Origin: Octopus vulgaris
Taxonomy: Eukaryota
Length of the DNA: 64,000 bases
NCBI GenBank assembly: GCA_951406725.2
Contig: OX597842.1
Span: forward strand, 2,604,001 to 2,668,000
Reading direction: 5' to 3'
In this document: positions 12,978 to 26,221 of the stretch, in pieces
Layout of the letters: the number at the start of each line of letters is the position of its first letter
How positions within the stretch are numbered: position 1 is the stretch's first letter
Program-made: the position numbers and the translations under genes
The notes under the pieces: model-generated
What the model was told of the DNA's origin: nothing
Databases searched by the model: none
Seen by the model: only the letters and a program-made list of their open reading frames with translations

Positions 12978-13712
12978 AGGCGTAGGAGTGGCTGTGTGGT
13001 AAGTAGCTTGCTTACAAACCACTTGGTTCCGGCTTCAGTCCCACTCGTGACACCTTGGGTAAGTGTCTTCTACTATAGCCTTGGGCCGACCAAAGCCTTG
13101 TGAGTGGATTTGGTAGACAGAAACTGAAAGAAGCCCACTATACATTTGTATACATATACATATATATAGGCACAGGAGTGGCTGTGTGATAAGTAGCTTG
13201 TTTACCAACCACATGGTTCTGGGTTCAGTCCCACTGCGTGGCACCTTGGGTAAGTGTCTTCTACTATAGCCTTGGGCCGACCAAAGCCTTGTGAGTGGAT
13301 TTGGTAGACAGAAACTGAAAGAAGCCTGTCGTGTATATGTATATATATATAAATATGTATGTGTTTGTGTTTGTCCCCCTAGCATTGCTTGACAACCAAT
13401 GCTGGTGTGTTTATGTCCCCGTCACTTAGCGGTTCGGCAAAAGAGACCGATAGAATAAGTACTGGGCTTACAAAGAATAAGTCCCGGGGTCGAGTTGCTC
13501 GATTAAAGGCTGTGCTCCAGCATGGCCACAATCAAATGGCTGAAACAAGTAAAAGAGGAAAAGAGTATATAGGCACAGTTATGGCTGTGTGGTAAGTAGC
13601 TTACTTCCCAACCACATGGTTCTGGGCTCGGCAAATGTCTTCTACTATAGCCTTGGGCTGACCAAAGCCTTGTGAGTCGATTTGGTAGACGGAAGCTGAA
13701 AGAAGCCCACCA
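12978..13712 (+). mobile_element. Cluster of family A SINEs (head, full copy, head)
   Basis: Heads start at about 12978, 13168 and 13571. Confidence 0.8.
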
Positions 13713-13725
13713 TACATTTGTATAC

Positions 13726-13745
<20 letters not shown>

Positions 13746-13769
<24 letters not shown>

Positions 13770-14488
13770 AATATAGGATAAAATTTTTTCTTTCGAAAAA
13801 TTTTATCAATGGCCAGCATATTAAAAAATACCTTTAAAGGTTAAATTTATAAACAAAGTTAAAAGAAAAAATTCTAATGCCAAATATGCCGAAGTAGACT
13901 TAATCGTCAATAACCATATAATTCATCACTATAAGCACGTATTTCGAAGAAATTGACGATTAAGTCTATCTCGGCATATTTGGCATTAGAAATTTTTCTA
14001 TTGCCCTTGTTTATAAGTTGTTTAAAAATTTAACCTTTAAAGGTATTTTTTAATATGCTGGCCATTGATAAAATTTTTTTCCTTCGGAAAAATTTTATCC
14101 TATATTAGATGTAAATTTAATAGTGTTCACTCTTTGAGACTTTTCAGTTCGAATCGCACGTGTCTCGAATGGGCTAGAGAATTTCTATTTTGGATATTTT
14201 TGGGTTACTTAATTGTACTCATGACTTAGTGTTTGCTTCTTCCATGGGTATGAGTAAGTATTTCATTTATTTCTTTGCCGCATTTATCACTGACGAAGGA
14301 AAGGTTCTTACAAACCAACTCTGAAATTGGGTCTGATATGATAATAACGGAATTTTTAGAAATTTCTGTGAGTTTTCTTCGAAATACGTGCTTATTGTGA
14401 TAAATTATTGTGGTTATTGACGATTAAGTCTATTTCGGCATATTTGGCATTAGAATTTTTTCTTTTGCCCTTGTTTATAAGTTGTTTA

Positions 14489-14490
<2 letters not shown>
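13746..14490 (+). mobile_element. Penelope-like/retrozyme-like element: inverted partial copy plus a 464-bp monomer with terminal redundancy
   Basis: 13746-13952 is an inverted copy; TTGACGATTAAGTC recurs at 13953 and 14417; internal hammerhead; flanked by (TA)n. Confidence 0.75.
14285..14338 (+). ncRNA. Minimal type I hammerhead ribozyme motif
   Basis: TATCA-CTGACGA-[AGGAAAGGTTCTTACAAACCAACTCT]-GAAA-TTGG-GTC-TGATA; stem I TATCA/TGATA; GUC cleavage triplet. Confidence 0.7.
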
Positions 14491-14535
<45 letters not shown>

Positions 14536-14969
14536 GTGTATGTATGTGTGTGTGTATGTATACATTTGTTTGTCTGTGTTTGTCCCTTCATCATCACTTG
14601 ACAACCGATGCTGGTGTGCCTACCTCCCCGTAACTTAGCAGTTCGGCAAAAGAGACTGGTAGAATAAGTACTAGGCTTACAAAGAATAAGTCCTAGGATC
14701 GATTTGCTTAACTAAAGGTGGTACTCCAGCATGGCCACAGTCAAATGACTGAAACAAGTAAAAAGAGTAAAGAGTATGTCTGAGGTGTGCTCAGCCACTT
14801 GTACATTAATTTCACAAGCAGGCTGTTCCATCAATCGGATCAACTAGAACCCTCATCGTCAGAACCAAGGGAGTGCTATTTACTTAAAAATCAACAGTAG
14901 ATTTCAAAATCCAGACTTCAAGTATCACATTGCCAAATGTCAACCAACTTCACCATTCGTAAACAGAAA

Positions 14970-15872
14970 TGTAAAACTGTTTCTTCCAGATCTAGCTACC
15001 ATGTAGAGGTCTCCCTTATTGGCTCATACATATATGTTTACATACATAAGACAGTAAGGTGTGATTTGAGGGAGATTTGGCTGCTATTTCTTGCAGGTGA
15101 TGCTTACCATGTAGAAGTCTCCATGATTGGCTGAAACATACATATATACATATACAATTTGTGGGAGATTTGGTTGCTATTTCTACCAGATCTAGCTACA
15201 TTATTGAGGTCTCCTTCATTGGCTCATACATACATAAGACAAAGGGTGCAATTTGAGGGAGATTTGGCTGCTATTTCTCGCAGGTGATGCTTACCATGTA
15301 GAAGTCTCCCTGATTGGCTGAAACATACATATATACATATACAATTTGTGGGACATTTGGTTGCTATTTCTACCAGATCTAGCTACATTATTGAGGTCTC
15401 CTTCATTGGCTCATACATATATACATAAGACAGCAGGGTGTGATTTGAGGGAGATTTGGCTGCTATTTCTACAAGGTCTTGCTACATTATTGAGGTCTCC
15501 CTCATTGGCTCATATATACATAAGACAAATACGGTGCAATTTGAGGGAGATTTGGCTGCTATTTCTACCAGATGGATTACCTACCATGCAGAAGTCTCCC
15601 TTATTGCCTTATACATACATAAACCAGTAGGGTGTGATTTGAGGGAGATTTGGCTGCTGTTTCTACCAGGTAGTCTACCTACCATGGAGAGGTCACCCGT
15701 ATTGGTTCATATATACATACATAAGACAGTAGGGTGTGATTTGAGGGATATTTGGCTGCTATTTCTACAAGGTCTTGCTACCATAAGCAGTTTCCCTTGT
15801 TGGTTCATACCTACATATACACATACATATGAGAGTAGAGTGTGATTTGAGGAACATTTGGCTGCTATTTCT
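14970..15872 (+). repeat. Tandem array (~9 irregular units of 90-110 bp) of the GAGGGAGATTTGGCTGCTATTTCT repeat
   Basis: The motif recurs at about 15070, 15165, 15258, 15352, 15450, 15545, 15642, 15745 and 15850. Confidence 0.8.
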
Positions 15873-16282
15873 ATAATACCCCATGGCCCCCACAAAAGAA
15901 CATCCCATGATGGATTCCACCCATTGTTGTTGTTGGTGTTAATGTTTGCCAGGGGTGGTGGGGTGTTTATGTTCAAAGGAGTTATGCTTCGTTGGGGTAT
16001 TCGAGAGATCAGGGTGGAAATCAGGTGTCAGGGTAGGTAAGGTCAGCCACCCGCCCACCCCACAAAACATGTCCAAAAAGCATTCATTATGGGGGAGGGA
16101 AGAGAATAACATGTTTTATTTCTTTTTATGTAGGGTAGATGGAGTTCCTGGGGTAGTTGGGGCGGTGGTGTATGCATGTGCCTGTGCGTGTATGCAATGT
16201 GACATGTATGTGTGTGTATATGTGTGTGTGTGTGTATATAGATATATATGTATATATATGTGTTGCCTTTTATTCATGGTTT

Positions 16283-16318
<36 letters not shown>

Positions 16319-16578
16319 CTATGTGCATATATATTTATATATCAACACACATATATAAACATACACACACACACACACGCATATATATATATATATATAA
16401 AACCATGAATAAAAAGCAAGATATATATATATACATATATATACACACACACACACATAGACATACTTATACACATGTATACATATAAGCACAAACATAT
16501 ATACATAAATATACACATATATACAAGTATAAGTGCCCAAGAATGGCCACAGTCTAATAACTGATACAATATATATAC

Positions 16579-16624
<46 letters not shown>

Positions 16625-17277
16625 GCACACACACATATATATAAGGACATGTATACGTATATAATTACATATACATATAGGTGCGTGTCCATGCTTGTAT
16701 ATGTTATATGAGTCTCTGTGTGTGTATATATATTTATACGTACACACACACACACATGTACCCACATGAAAGTGTGTATATACATCACAGATATACATGT
16801 GAATGTATATCTGTGTGTCTGGGTATATAGGTATGTCTGTCTCTCTACACATATATACATACATAACCATACACTAACATACAGTTGCGTGTGTATATAT
16901 ATATATATACACACACTGAAATATATGCTCCTATCCTTATCTGCCATTTATTGTTCATGCACCAGCGCTTACCATTTCTCCATCCGTTCTGGAATTGGAG
17001 GGTGGGTGGAAAGGAGTGGACCACCCGTTGGTGGAGTACCACCCAAGGGTAGCTGGTTTATTCCCTCTCCGACACACCCCAATGAACACACACATCCCGG
17101 CTCACACACACATACGTCTTTGCAAACACACACGCGCACACATCGCATGTATCTTTGTCTCTCGTGTTTTCCCTCTCAAACCCCCTCCCCCTGCCTACCC
17201 CTTTTAAATATTATCCCTGTTCTTTTGGGTTCATCAGCTAATGAGATAATCAACACTCCCCCCTCTCTCTCAATCTC

Positions 17278-17308
<31 letters not shown>

Positions 17309-17386
17309 ATGTGTATATATGTGTGTGTGTGTGTGTGTATAGCATATGTGTTTGTGTGTGTGTGTAAAAAATGTCCCAAACGGGTC

Positions 17387-17600
<214 letters not shown>

Positions 17601-17682
17601 TTTGATTTTGATTTTTCCAGTTTCAGCTAATGAGCTGTGGCCATGCTGGGGCACCGCCATTTTAAAATATATTATTTACGAC

Positions 17683-17764
<82 letters not shown>

Positions 17765-17906
17765 TATATATATATATGTGTGTGTGTGTATATATATAAT
17801 ATTGAAGGCATGAAATAATCATGATTTTTTGGACATTGATTGATGAGAAATTAGTTAAAAATTTTCTGTTGAGTTTTTGTTAAATTTTTGAAATATACAT
17901 ACATAC

Positions 17907-17943
<37 letters not shown>

Positions 17944-18194
17944 GACGTAGTTATAAACAAGTGTATATATACATCAGCACATATATAATACACATAGAAA
18001 TATATATGAGTATATGTACACCTATACACACCTACATAATTGTACATCAATTACACTCTCTTTCAATTATTCAATGTTCCTGATCCTGCTGTCCTCATAC
18101 ACCTTTCTGGCCCTGACATAAGTTTACCTGAGTCCCTCAGTCTTAGAATACCCAAAAGTTTACCCCCATCTTACAAAGATCATCCCTGTTTACT

Positions 18195-18590
18195 CTTTTA
18201 CTCTTTTACTCTGTTACTTGTTTCACTCATTTGACTGTGGCCATGCTGGAGCACTGCCTGTAGTCAAGCAAATCAACCCCAGAACTTATTCTTTGTAAGC
18301 CCAATACTTATTCTATCAGTCTCTTTTGCCAAACCGCTAAGTTACAGGGATGCAAACACGCCAGTATCGGTTGTCAAGTGATGTTGGCGGGCACAAACAC
18401 AGACACATACACACACATGTATATACAACAGGCTTCTTTCAGTTTCCGTCTACCAAATCCACTCACAAGGCTTTGGTCGGCCCAAGGCTATAGTGGAATA
18501 CACTTGCCCAAGGTGCCATACAGTGGGACTGAACCTGGAACCATGTGGTTGGTAAGCAAGCTACTTACCACACAACCACTCCTACACCTA
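18195..18590 (-). mobile_element. SINE family A
   Basis: Reverse-complement match to 3641-4040. Confidence 0.8.
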
Positions 18591-19142
18591 TTTTTATTCA
18601 AAAAATATTGAGAACCCTCTTGTTGTTATTCCACTATTTGATCCTAAATCAAAAGAGCTATCTGCAGTCTAGTTACTCTGCAATGGCTTTCATTTAGAGA
18701 CTACCTTAGCTCTCAGCACCAAAATTCAGCACTATTCCAAGAACCTGCCGCACTCTAACCTTTCATCATCTGACACAAGATCACCTCCTCTACTCTCAAA
18801 GATTCCTTATCTTGTAAGTTACTTGGTGACCCTGCCAGGCTGGCACCTCATAGAAAGCATTCAGTCCACACTATAAAGTGGTTTGCAATTTGAAGGCATC
18901 CAGCTGTAGAGACCATGCCAAAACTGACCTCACCTGTGCTAGTGCCACATAAAAACATCTCAGTCCACTCTGCTGATCGGTTGGTGTTAGAAAGGTTATA
19001 CAGCCATGAAAACTGCCAAAACAGACACAGAAGTATGGTGTGGTCTTCTGCCTTGCCAGCTGCATGTCAAACCATCCAACCCATGCCAGCATGGAAAGCA
19101 GATGTTAAATGTTGACAATAATGATGATATATATATATATAT

Positions 19143-19348
19143 TCTTTTATTTGTTTCAGTCATTTAACTGTGGCCATGCTGGAGCACCACCTTTAGTCAA
19201 ACAAATCGACCCCAGAACTTATTCTTTGTAAGCATAGTACTTATTCTATTGGTCTCTTTTGCTGAACAGCTAAGTGACGGAGACATAAACACACCAGCAT
19301 CCGTTGTCAAGCAATGCTAGGGGGACAAACACAGACACACAAACATAT

Positions 19349-19395
<47 letters not shown>

Positions 19396-20062
19396 TACGA
19401 CAGGCTTCTTTCAGTTTCCGTCTACCAAATCCATTCACAAGGCTTTGGTCGGCCCGGGGCTATAGCAGAAGACACTTGCCCAAGGTGCCACGCAGTGCGA
19501 CTGAACCCAGAACCATGTGGTTGGTTAGCAAGCTACTTACCACACAGCCACTCCTGCATATGTCCTGGTGCATATATATACGATGGGCTTCTTTCAGTTT
19601 CCGTCTACCAAATCCACTCACAAGGCTTTGGTCGGCCCGGGGCTATAGCAGAAGACACTTGCCCAAGGTGCCACGCACTGGGACTGAACCCAGAACCATG
19701 TGGTTGGTTAGCAAGCTACTTACCACACAGCCACTCCTGCATATGTCCTGGTGCATATATATACGATGGGCTTCTTTCAGTTTCCGTCTACCGAATCCAC
19801 TCACAAGGCTTTGGTCGGCCCGGGGCTATAGCAGAAGACACTTGCCCAAGGTGCCACGCACTGGGACTGAACCCAGAACCATGTGGTTGGTTAGCAAGCT
19901 ACTTACCACACAGCCACTCCTGCATATGTCCTGGTGCATATATATACGATGGGCTTCTTTCAGTTTCCGCCTACTAAATCCACTCACAAGGTTTTGGTCA
20001 GCCTGAGGCTATAGTAGAAGACACTTGCCTAGAACCAGGAACCATGTGGCTGGTAAGCAAGC
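19143..20062 (-). mobile_element. SINE family A followed by a 183-bp tandem amplification of its 5' half
   Basis: CGATGGGCTTCTTTCAG at 19581, 19764 and 19947; the units are almost identical. Confidence 0.9.
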
Positions 20063-20334
20063 TTATGAAGAGTTTTCATCCGGGTGACTCCAACTGATAG
20101 GTATGCAGTCTGAATTCCCTATTTGGTTTGCCATCAAAATTCTCAAATTCCACTTTGAACTGCAGTTGAAGGTGTGATTTTGTCAGTGGCTAGAAGTGGC
20201 TTCCCCTTGAGCTGGTAGGTATAGATTCCTTTCTACTGTAGGCACAATATCAGAAATTTGGGTTGGGGCCTAGTAGATTAGACAGTATCCAATCATCCGA
20301 GTGTTCCCTAAGCATTTTGCCCAGCATGCTAATG

Positions 20335-21489
20335 ATTCTTATTTCTTTATTGCCCACAAGGGGCTAAACATAGAGGGGACAAACAAGGACAGACAAAGGG
20401 ACTAAGTCAATTACATCGACCCCCAGTGCTTCACTGCTACTTAATTTATCAACCCTGAAAGGATGAAAGGCAAAGTCGACCTCAGTGGAATTTGAACTCA
20501 GAATGTAACAGCAGAGTAAATACCGCTAAGTATTTTGCCTGACATGCCAATGTTTCTGCCAGCTCGCCTCTTTAAATATAATGATTCTGCACAGTAATTA
20601 TTCTGCCAGCTCACTGCAATAATAATAATAATAATCGTTTCTACTATAGGCATAAGGCCTGAAATTTTGCGGGGAGGGACCAAGTTGATTACATTACCCC
20701 CAGTGCTCATGTGGTACTGAATTTATTGACCCCCAAAAGGACGAAAGACAAAGTCGACCTTGGAAGAACTTGAACTCAGAAATAAAAACATGAAATGCCT
20801 TTAAGCATTTGGTCTGGCACACAAACCTTAATAATAATTATAAGGATTGGGCACAAGGCCAGCAATGTGGGGAGGACCAGCGGCTAACCATGCAACCAGC
20901 CTTCCCTCTCCATGCCACTGATGTTATCCAAGGGAAAGGCAAAGGGGCTGATACAGCTTGGTACCAGTGACATTGCAAATCATATCTACAGCTGAGTGAA
21001 AGGGAGCAACGTGAAATAAAGTGTCTTGCTCAAGAACACAACTCACTACCTGATACTCTAGCGACTGAGCCATGTGCCTTCAAATAATAATAATAATCCT
21101 TTCTACTAAGGGCACAAGGCCTGAAATTTTAGGAGAGTGTGTAATTTGATTACATCAACCCTAATACTCCACTGGTAGTTAAGTTATTAACCCCAAAAGC
21201 AAAGAAGGCAAATCCAACCTCAGCGGAATTTGAACTCAGAATGTAAAGATGGACAAAATGTTGCTAAGCATTTTGCCTGACCTACTGCCAATTCTAGCAG
21301 CTCACTGCAACAACAACAACAACAACAACAATAATAATAATAATAAAAATAATCAACATCATTTGATGTCTTTTTTCTATGATAGCATGGGTTGGATGGT
21401 TTGCAAGAGCTGACAAGGCCAGGGGCCACACCAGATTCAATAGTCCCCTTTGGGATAGTTTCTACGGCTGGATGTCCTCCATAACATCA

Positions 21490-21523
<34 letters not shown>

Positions 21524-21660
21524 GTTTCAAATTTTGACATAAGGGAAGCAGTTTTGGGAGAGGGGATGAGTTGATTACATCGACCCCAATATTCAACTGG
21601 TACTTATTTTATCAACCATGACAGGATGAAAGACAAAGTCGACCTCAGTGGAATTTGAAT
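20335..21660 (-). mobile_element. Cluster of family B SINE copies and fragments
   Basis: Recurrent GGATGAAAGGCAAAGTCGACCTC..GGAATTTGAACTCAGAA at about 20460, 20740, 21200 and 21625. Confidence 0.75.
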
Positions 21661-22171
21661 GTATAATAATAAGATGCCCTGATACAGTATTATGCATGAT
21701 ACTATGCCCTGATGTAGTACCAGGCAGTGGCTCTCATTGATTCTTATCTTAACTGATTGGAAGTGTTATCATGTACATTGTTTTGACTTGGTATAAAAGA
21801 TGGGCTACAGCAAATATTCTGCTCAATACCACAGATTTGCTTGTCAGTTGTCTGACCATAACCAGTTGAGCATGTCCCTTTGTGGCTGACGATATGTGCA
21901 TCTCTGATCACGAGCAGAAGTAGTGGAGGAGCATCATAGCCATGTGCTGAGAGGGATTCTTAGAGGTTTGGATAATTCACCTCTGGAAACATGGATGTTC
22001 TATTCAACATTCTTAAACAACCCTTATTCAGGGACCTTTTTAGTGGGATGGGCTACTCTAACTGAGCCCCACCTGCAAGGTCATGCACTGTTTTTTCTTG
22101 ATATGAAATCACCATACATTATTTACATTATTTACATTTGATGGATATTTGTCCTCATCTTGTTTGTTGTT

Positions 22172-22218
22172 AACACAACATTTCAGCTGATATACCCTCC
22201 AGCCTTTTTCAGGTGTCT
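22172..22218 (-). ncRNA. Degenerate hammerhead motif
   Basis: Minus strand GACAC-CTGAAAA-AGGCTG(GAGGGTATAT)CAGCT-GAAA-TG-TT-GTGTT; both stems form but a core G is mutated. Confidence 0.55.
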
Positions 22219-22311
22219 TGGGGAAATTTCAAGCCTGGGTTCTCATTCCTAAGGTATTTTTTTATGTTATTATTATTATCATTATTATTATTATTATTAT
22301 CATTATTATTA

Positions 22312-22393
<82 letters not shown>

Positions 22394-22395
<2 letters not shown>

Positions 22396-22466
22396 TCACT
22401 GCCTGGAATCGAACTCAGAATCTTGGGGTTAGTAGCCCACACTCTTAACCACTACGCCATATGTCT
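22394..22466 (-). pseudogene. tRNA-like sequence (Pol III A and B boxes)
   Basis: TGGCGTAGTGG A-box, loop CTACTAA, GAGTTCGATTCC B-box; poor acceptor stem. Confidence 0.65.
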
Positions 22467-22727
22467 GTGGGCATGTCCGTCAATTGTAAATAATGTACAT
22501 AATTCCTCATCTCTTACATATAGAACTGTATGAAATCACCATGTCGGGCACATATGGCTGTGATGCAAGTGCCTGGTGTACCCTTATCAGATGGGTAGTC
22601 ATGACGGGTATACTGGGCTTCGTATAATTGTGCCCCAGTGTTGGTTTGATGGCATGCACTGCTCTCTCACTCAATAATAATAACAGTAATAATAATAATG
22701 ATAATAATAATAATATTAATATATGTT

Positions 22728-22892
22728 GGTGCAGGAGTTGCTGTGTGGTAAGTGGCTTGTTAACCAACCACATGATTCCGGGTTCAGTCCCACTGCGTGG
22801 CATCTTGTGTAAGTGTCTTCTACTATAGCCTCGGGCCAACCAAAGCCTTGTGAGTGGATTTGGTAGATGAAAACTGAAAGAAGCCCGTCGTA

Positions 22893-22938
<46 letters not shown>

Positions 22939-23138
22939 AGTGTGTGTGTCTGTGTTTGTCCCTCCAACATCGCTTGACAACCGATGGTGGTGTGTTTACA
23001 TCCCTGTAACTTAGCGGTTCGGCAAAAGAGACTGATAGAATAAGTACTAGGCTTACATAGAATAAGTCCTGGGGTCAATTTGCTCGACTAAAGGTGGTGC
23101 TCCAGCATGGCCGCAGTCAAATGACTGAAACTAGTAAA
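22728..23138 (+). mobile_element. SINE family A
   Basis: Matches the consensus of the other copies. Confidence 0.85.
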
Positions 23139-23438
23139 GTGTGTATATCCCTAATCACAGGAAGAGAAGCTACAAGAGTAACACTCCTATAATAAACCAG
23201 GGTCAGAGAGGCTTGAAGTGAGCTTGGTATTCTCTTAGTACCGTTTCCATCCACCGAATTCACTCACAAGGCTTTGGTCAGTCCTGGAGCTATAGTAAAA
23301 ACATTTACCCCAAGGTAGCATGCACCAGGATTGAACTCATTACCACATTATTGAAGAGCAACACCCTAACCACTTGGCCATTTGGGGGAAGAGAGTTGAT
23401 TACATCGAACCCTGTGTTCAACTGGTACTTAATTTATA

Positions 23439-23856
23439 AGGCGGCAAGCTGGCAGAAACGTTAGCATGCCGGGCGAAATGTGTAGCCGTATTTCGTCTGC
23501 CGTTATGTTCTGAGTTCAAATTCCGCCAAGGTCGACTTTGCCTTTCATCCTTTCAAGGTCGATTAAATAAGTACCAGTTACGCACTTGGGTCGATATAAT
23601 CGACTTAATCTGTTTGTCTGTCCTTGTTTGTACTCTCTGTGTTTAGCCCCTTGTGGGTAGTAAAGAAATAGGTATTTTGTCTGCCGCTATGTTCTGAGTT
23701 CAAATTCCTCCAAGGTCGACTTTGCCTTTCATCATTTCCTGATCGATTAAATAAGTACCAGTTATGCACTGGGGTCGATATAATCGACTTAATCCGTTTG
23801 TCTGTCCTTGTTAGTCCTCTCTGTGTTTAGCCTCTTGTGGGTAGTAAAGAAATAGG
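23439..23856 (+). mobile_element. SINE family B with a tandem duplication of its 3' ~185 bp
   Basis: GTCTGCCG..ATGTTCTGAGTTCAAATTCC..GTAAAGAAATAGGTA occurs twice. Confidence 0.8.
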
Positions 23857-24104
23857 TACTAGATTTATTGACCCTGAAAGGATGAAAGGCAAAGTTGACC
23901 TACCAACCACACTGTCATATAAATCTGTCGCTGGTAACAGTAAACAGCTGAGAATGAAGTACAACAGAGTACAGACATGACATGTACTCTGCTCCGGTTA
24001 TGTAACTTTGAATTTTTTTCAAACTTTTCACTTTACATTGAGTACCAACACATAAACACACACATGTTCCAGGGTATATACCCTCCCCAAAAAGCTTATA
24101 TATA

Positions 24105-24351
24105 TATGTGTATATATGAGTGTGTGTGTGTGTGTGCGTGTGTGCGTGTGTGTATGGTGTGTGTGTGTGTGTATGTGTGTGTGTATGCACGTGTGTGTGT
24201 GTATGTGTGTGTGTGCGTATGTGTATGTGTGTGTGTATATGTGTGTGTGTGTGCGCACGCGTGTGTGTGTATGTATGTATGTGTGTATGTGTGCGTGTGT
24301 GTATGCGTGTGTGTGTGTGTATGTGTGTGTATGTGTGTATGTGTGTGCGTA

Positions 24352-24383
<32 letters not shown>

Positions 24384-24527
24384 TGTGTGTGTGTGTATAT
24401 GTGTGTGTGTATGTGTGTGTGTATGTGTATGTGTGTGTGTGTGCTTGTGTGTGTATGTGTGTATGTGTGTGTATGTGCGTGTATGTGTGCGTGTATGTGT
24501 GTGTGTATGTATGTGTGTGTGTGTGTA

Positions 24528-24583
<56 letters not shown>

Positions 24584-24702
24584 TGTATGTGTGTGTATGT
24601 GCGTATGTGTATGTGTGTGTCTGTGTGTGTATAAGTGTGTGTGTGTGTATGTGTGTGCGCGCGTGCGTGTATGTGTATGCGTATGTGTGCGTGTGTATGT
24701 GT

Positions 24703-24761
<59 letters not shown>

Positions 24762-24779
24762 TGTGTATGTATGTGTGTA

Positions 24780-24815
<36 letters not shown>
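24105..24815. repeat. ~700-bp (GT)n compound microsatellite
   Basis: Direct inspection. Confidence 0.95.
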
Positions 24816-24817
<2 letters not shown>

Positions 24818-25328
24818 CATGTTCCCAAAGACGGTAGGGTATTCCTGTTTTTGATATTTTCCTTCTTAATCTTTAATAATCGTTTGCGACTGGAAGAAAG
24901 ATTCTAAAATGTGATAACATTTCGCGCAGTCACAGACCATTTAAATGGCAGGGGGGCTGGCAGTGGAGAGGGGGGTGGGGGATAATTCCTTATTTGTACG
25001 TAAATAACCTTAAAACGGAGGGGGCAATTGTGCACTGAATGGTCCCAGATTTGTCTCCCTTATCTGATCTTCTGATCTGTGTTCGCTATATCACTTCAAT
25101 GTGTGGACTGTACATGTATGTGTGTATGCCTATATATATATATATATATATGTTTATATATATATATAATGCATGCGCATATAACATGTATGTTTGTGTG
25201 TGTATGTGTATGCACAGACGTGTATAATATGTATGTATATATGTGTCTCTATATATGTATATATATATATATATATGTATGTATGGATATATACATAATA
25301 CATACATATATATATATACATACATAGT

Positions 25329-25388
<60 letters not shown>

Positions 25389-25464
25389 GATACATACATT
25401 CATAAATATATATTTATATATATATATATACATACATACATAGTTACATACATATATATATGTA

Positions 25465-25508
<44 letters not shown>

Positions 25509-25556
25509 TGTATGGATACATACATACATACATATATATATATACATACTTACATT

Positions 25557-25592
<36 letters not shown>

Positions 25593-26221
25593 CATACATA
25601 TATACATACATATATATATATACATACTTACATTTATGTATATATATATATATATATATATACATACATACATACATACGTACATACACATACAAACATG
25701 CTCAAACAGATACATATGCTCCTATAAATGTATGTATGAAAATAGACACACACATGCACAAACACATACACACACACAAATTCACAAACATATATATATA
25801 TAGCCTTTTACTTGTTTCAGTCAGTCAACAGTGGCCATGCTGGAGCACCACCTTGAAATGCTTTAGGCAAACTCATGAACCCCAGTACTTATGTTTAAGC
25901 CTAATCCTCACAGTGTGCAGCACCCTAATCTCTTGACCATACACCTTCACTGGTGGTTAGGGAATTGCACTCACGGTCACTAGACAGTGGGTTCAATCCT
26001 TGGACCCTGCAGCATGTTATATTCTTGACCAAAGCCCTTCATTTCACAATTCTCTGAAGGTGGGAGACTTGCAGAACCATTTGCACATCAGCAGAAATGC
26101 TTTATGGCATACCTTGCAGATCCTTACATTCTGAGTTCAAATCCCACTTGCCTGCAGTTGGCAACTGGAAATCACTCCAGTGTTCGTCCCAAGTCTAGTC
26201 ATGGTATCCTGAGTACCAGTG

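Larger units (their letters stand above)
22116..22528 (-). mobile_element. Insertion with a tRNA-like promoter, an (AAT)n tract and a degenerate hammerhead; 14-bp TSD
   Basis: TATGAAATCACCAT at 22102-22115 and 22529-22542; inverted repeat ACATTATTTACATTTGATGGATA / TGTCCGTCAATTGTAAATAATGT. Confidence 0.75.
21705..22676. repeat. Unclassified ~550-bp interspersed repeat, split by an insertion at 22116-22528
   Basis: An uninterrupted homologous copy lies at 50035-50560. Confidence 0.75.

Noticed and set aside
19314-20006. 230-aa repetitive ORF
   Set aside because: It is the antisense reading of tandem SINE heads; the same peptide appears in dozens of SINE copies.
23915-24907. Long HT/CV dipeptide ORFs, and all similar YI/CV/LSIY ORFs across the window
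   Set aside because: They are translations of (GT)n, (TA)n and (TATC)n repeats that lack stop codons.
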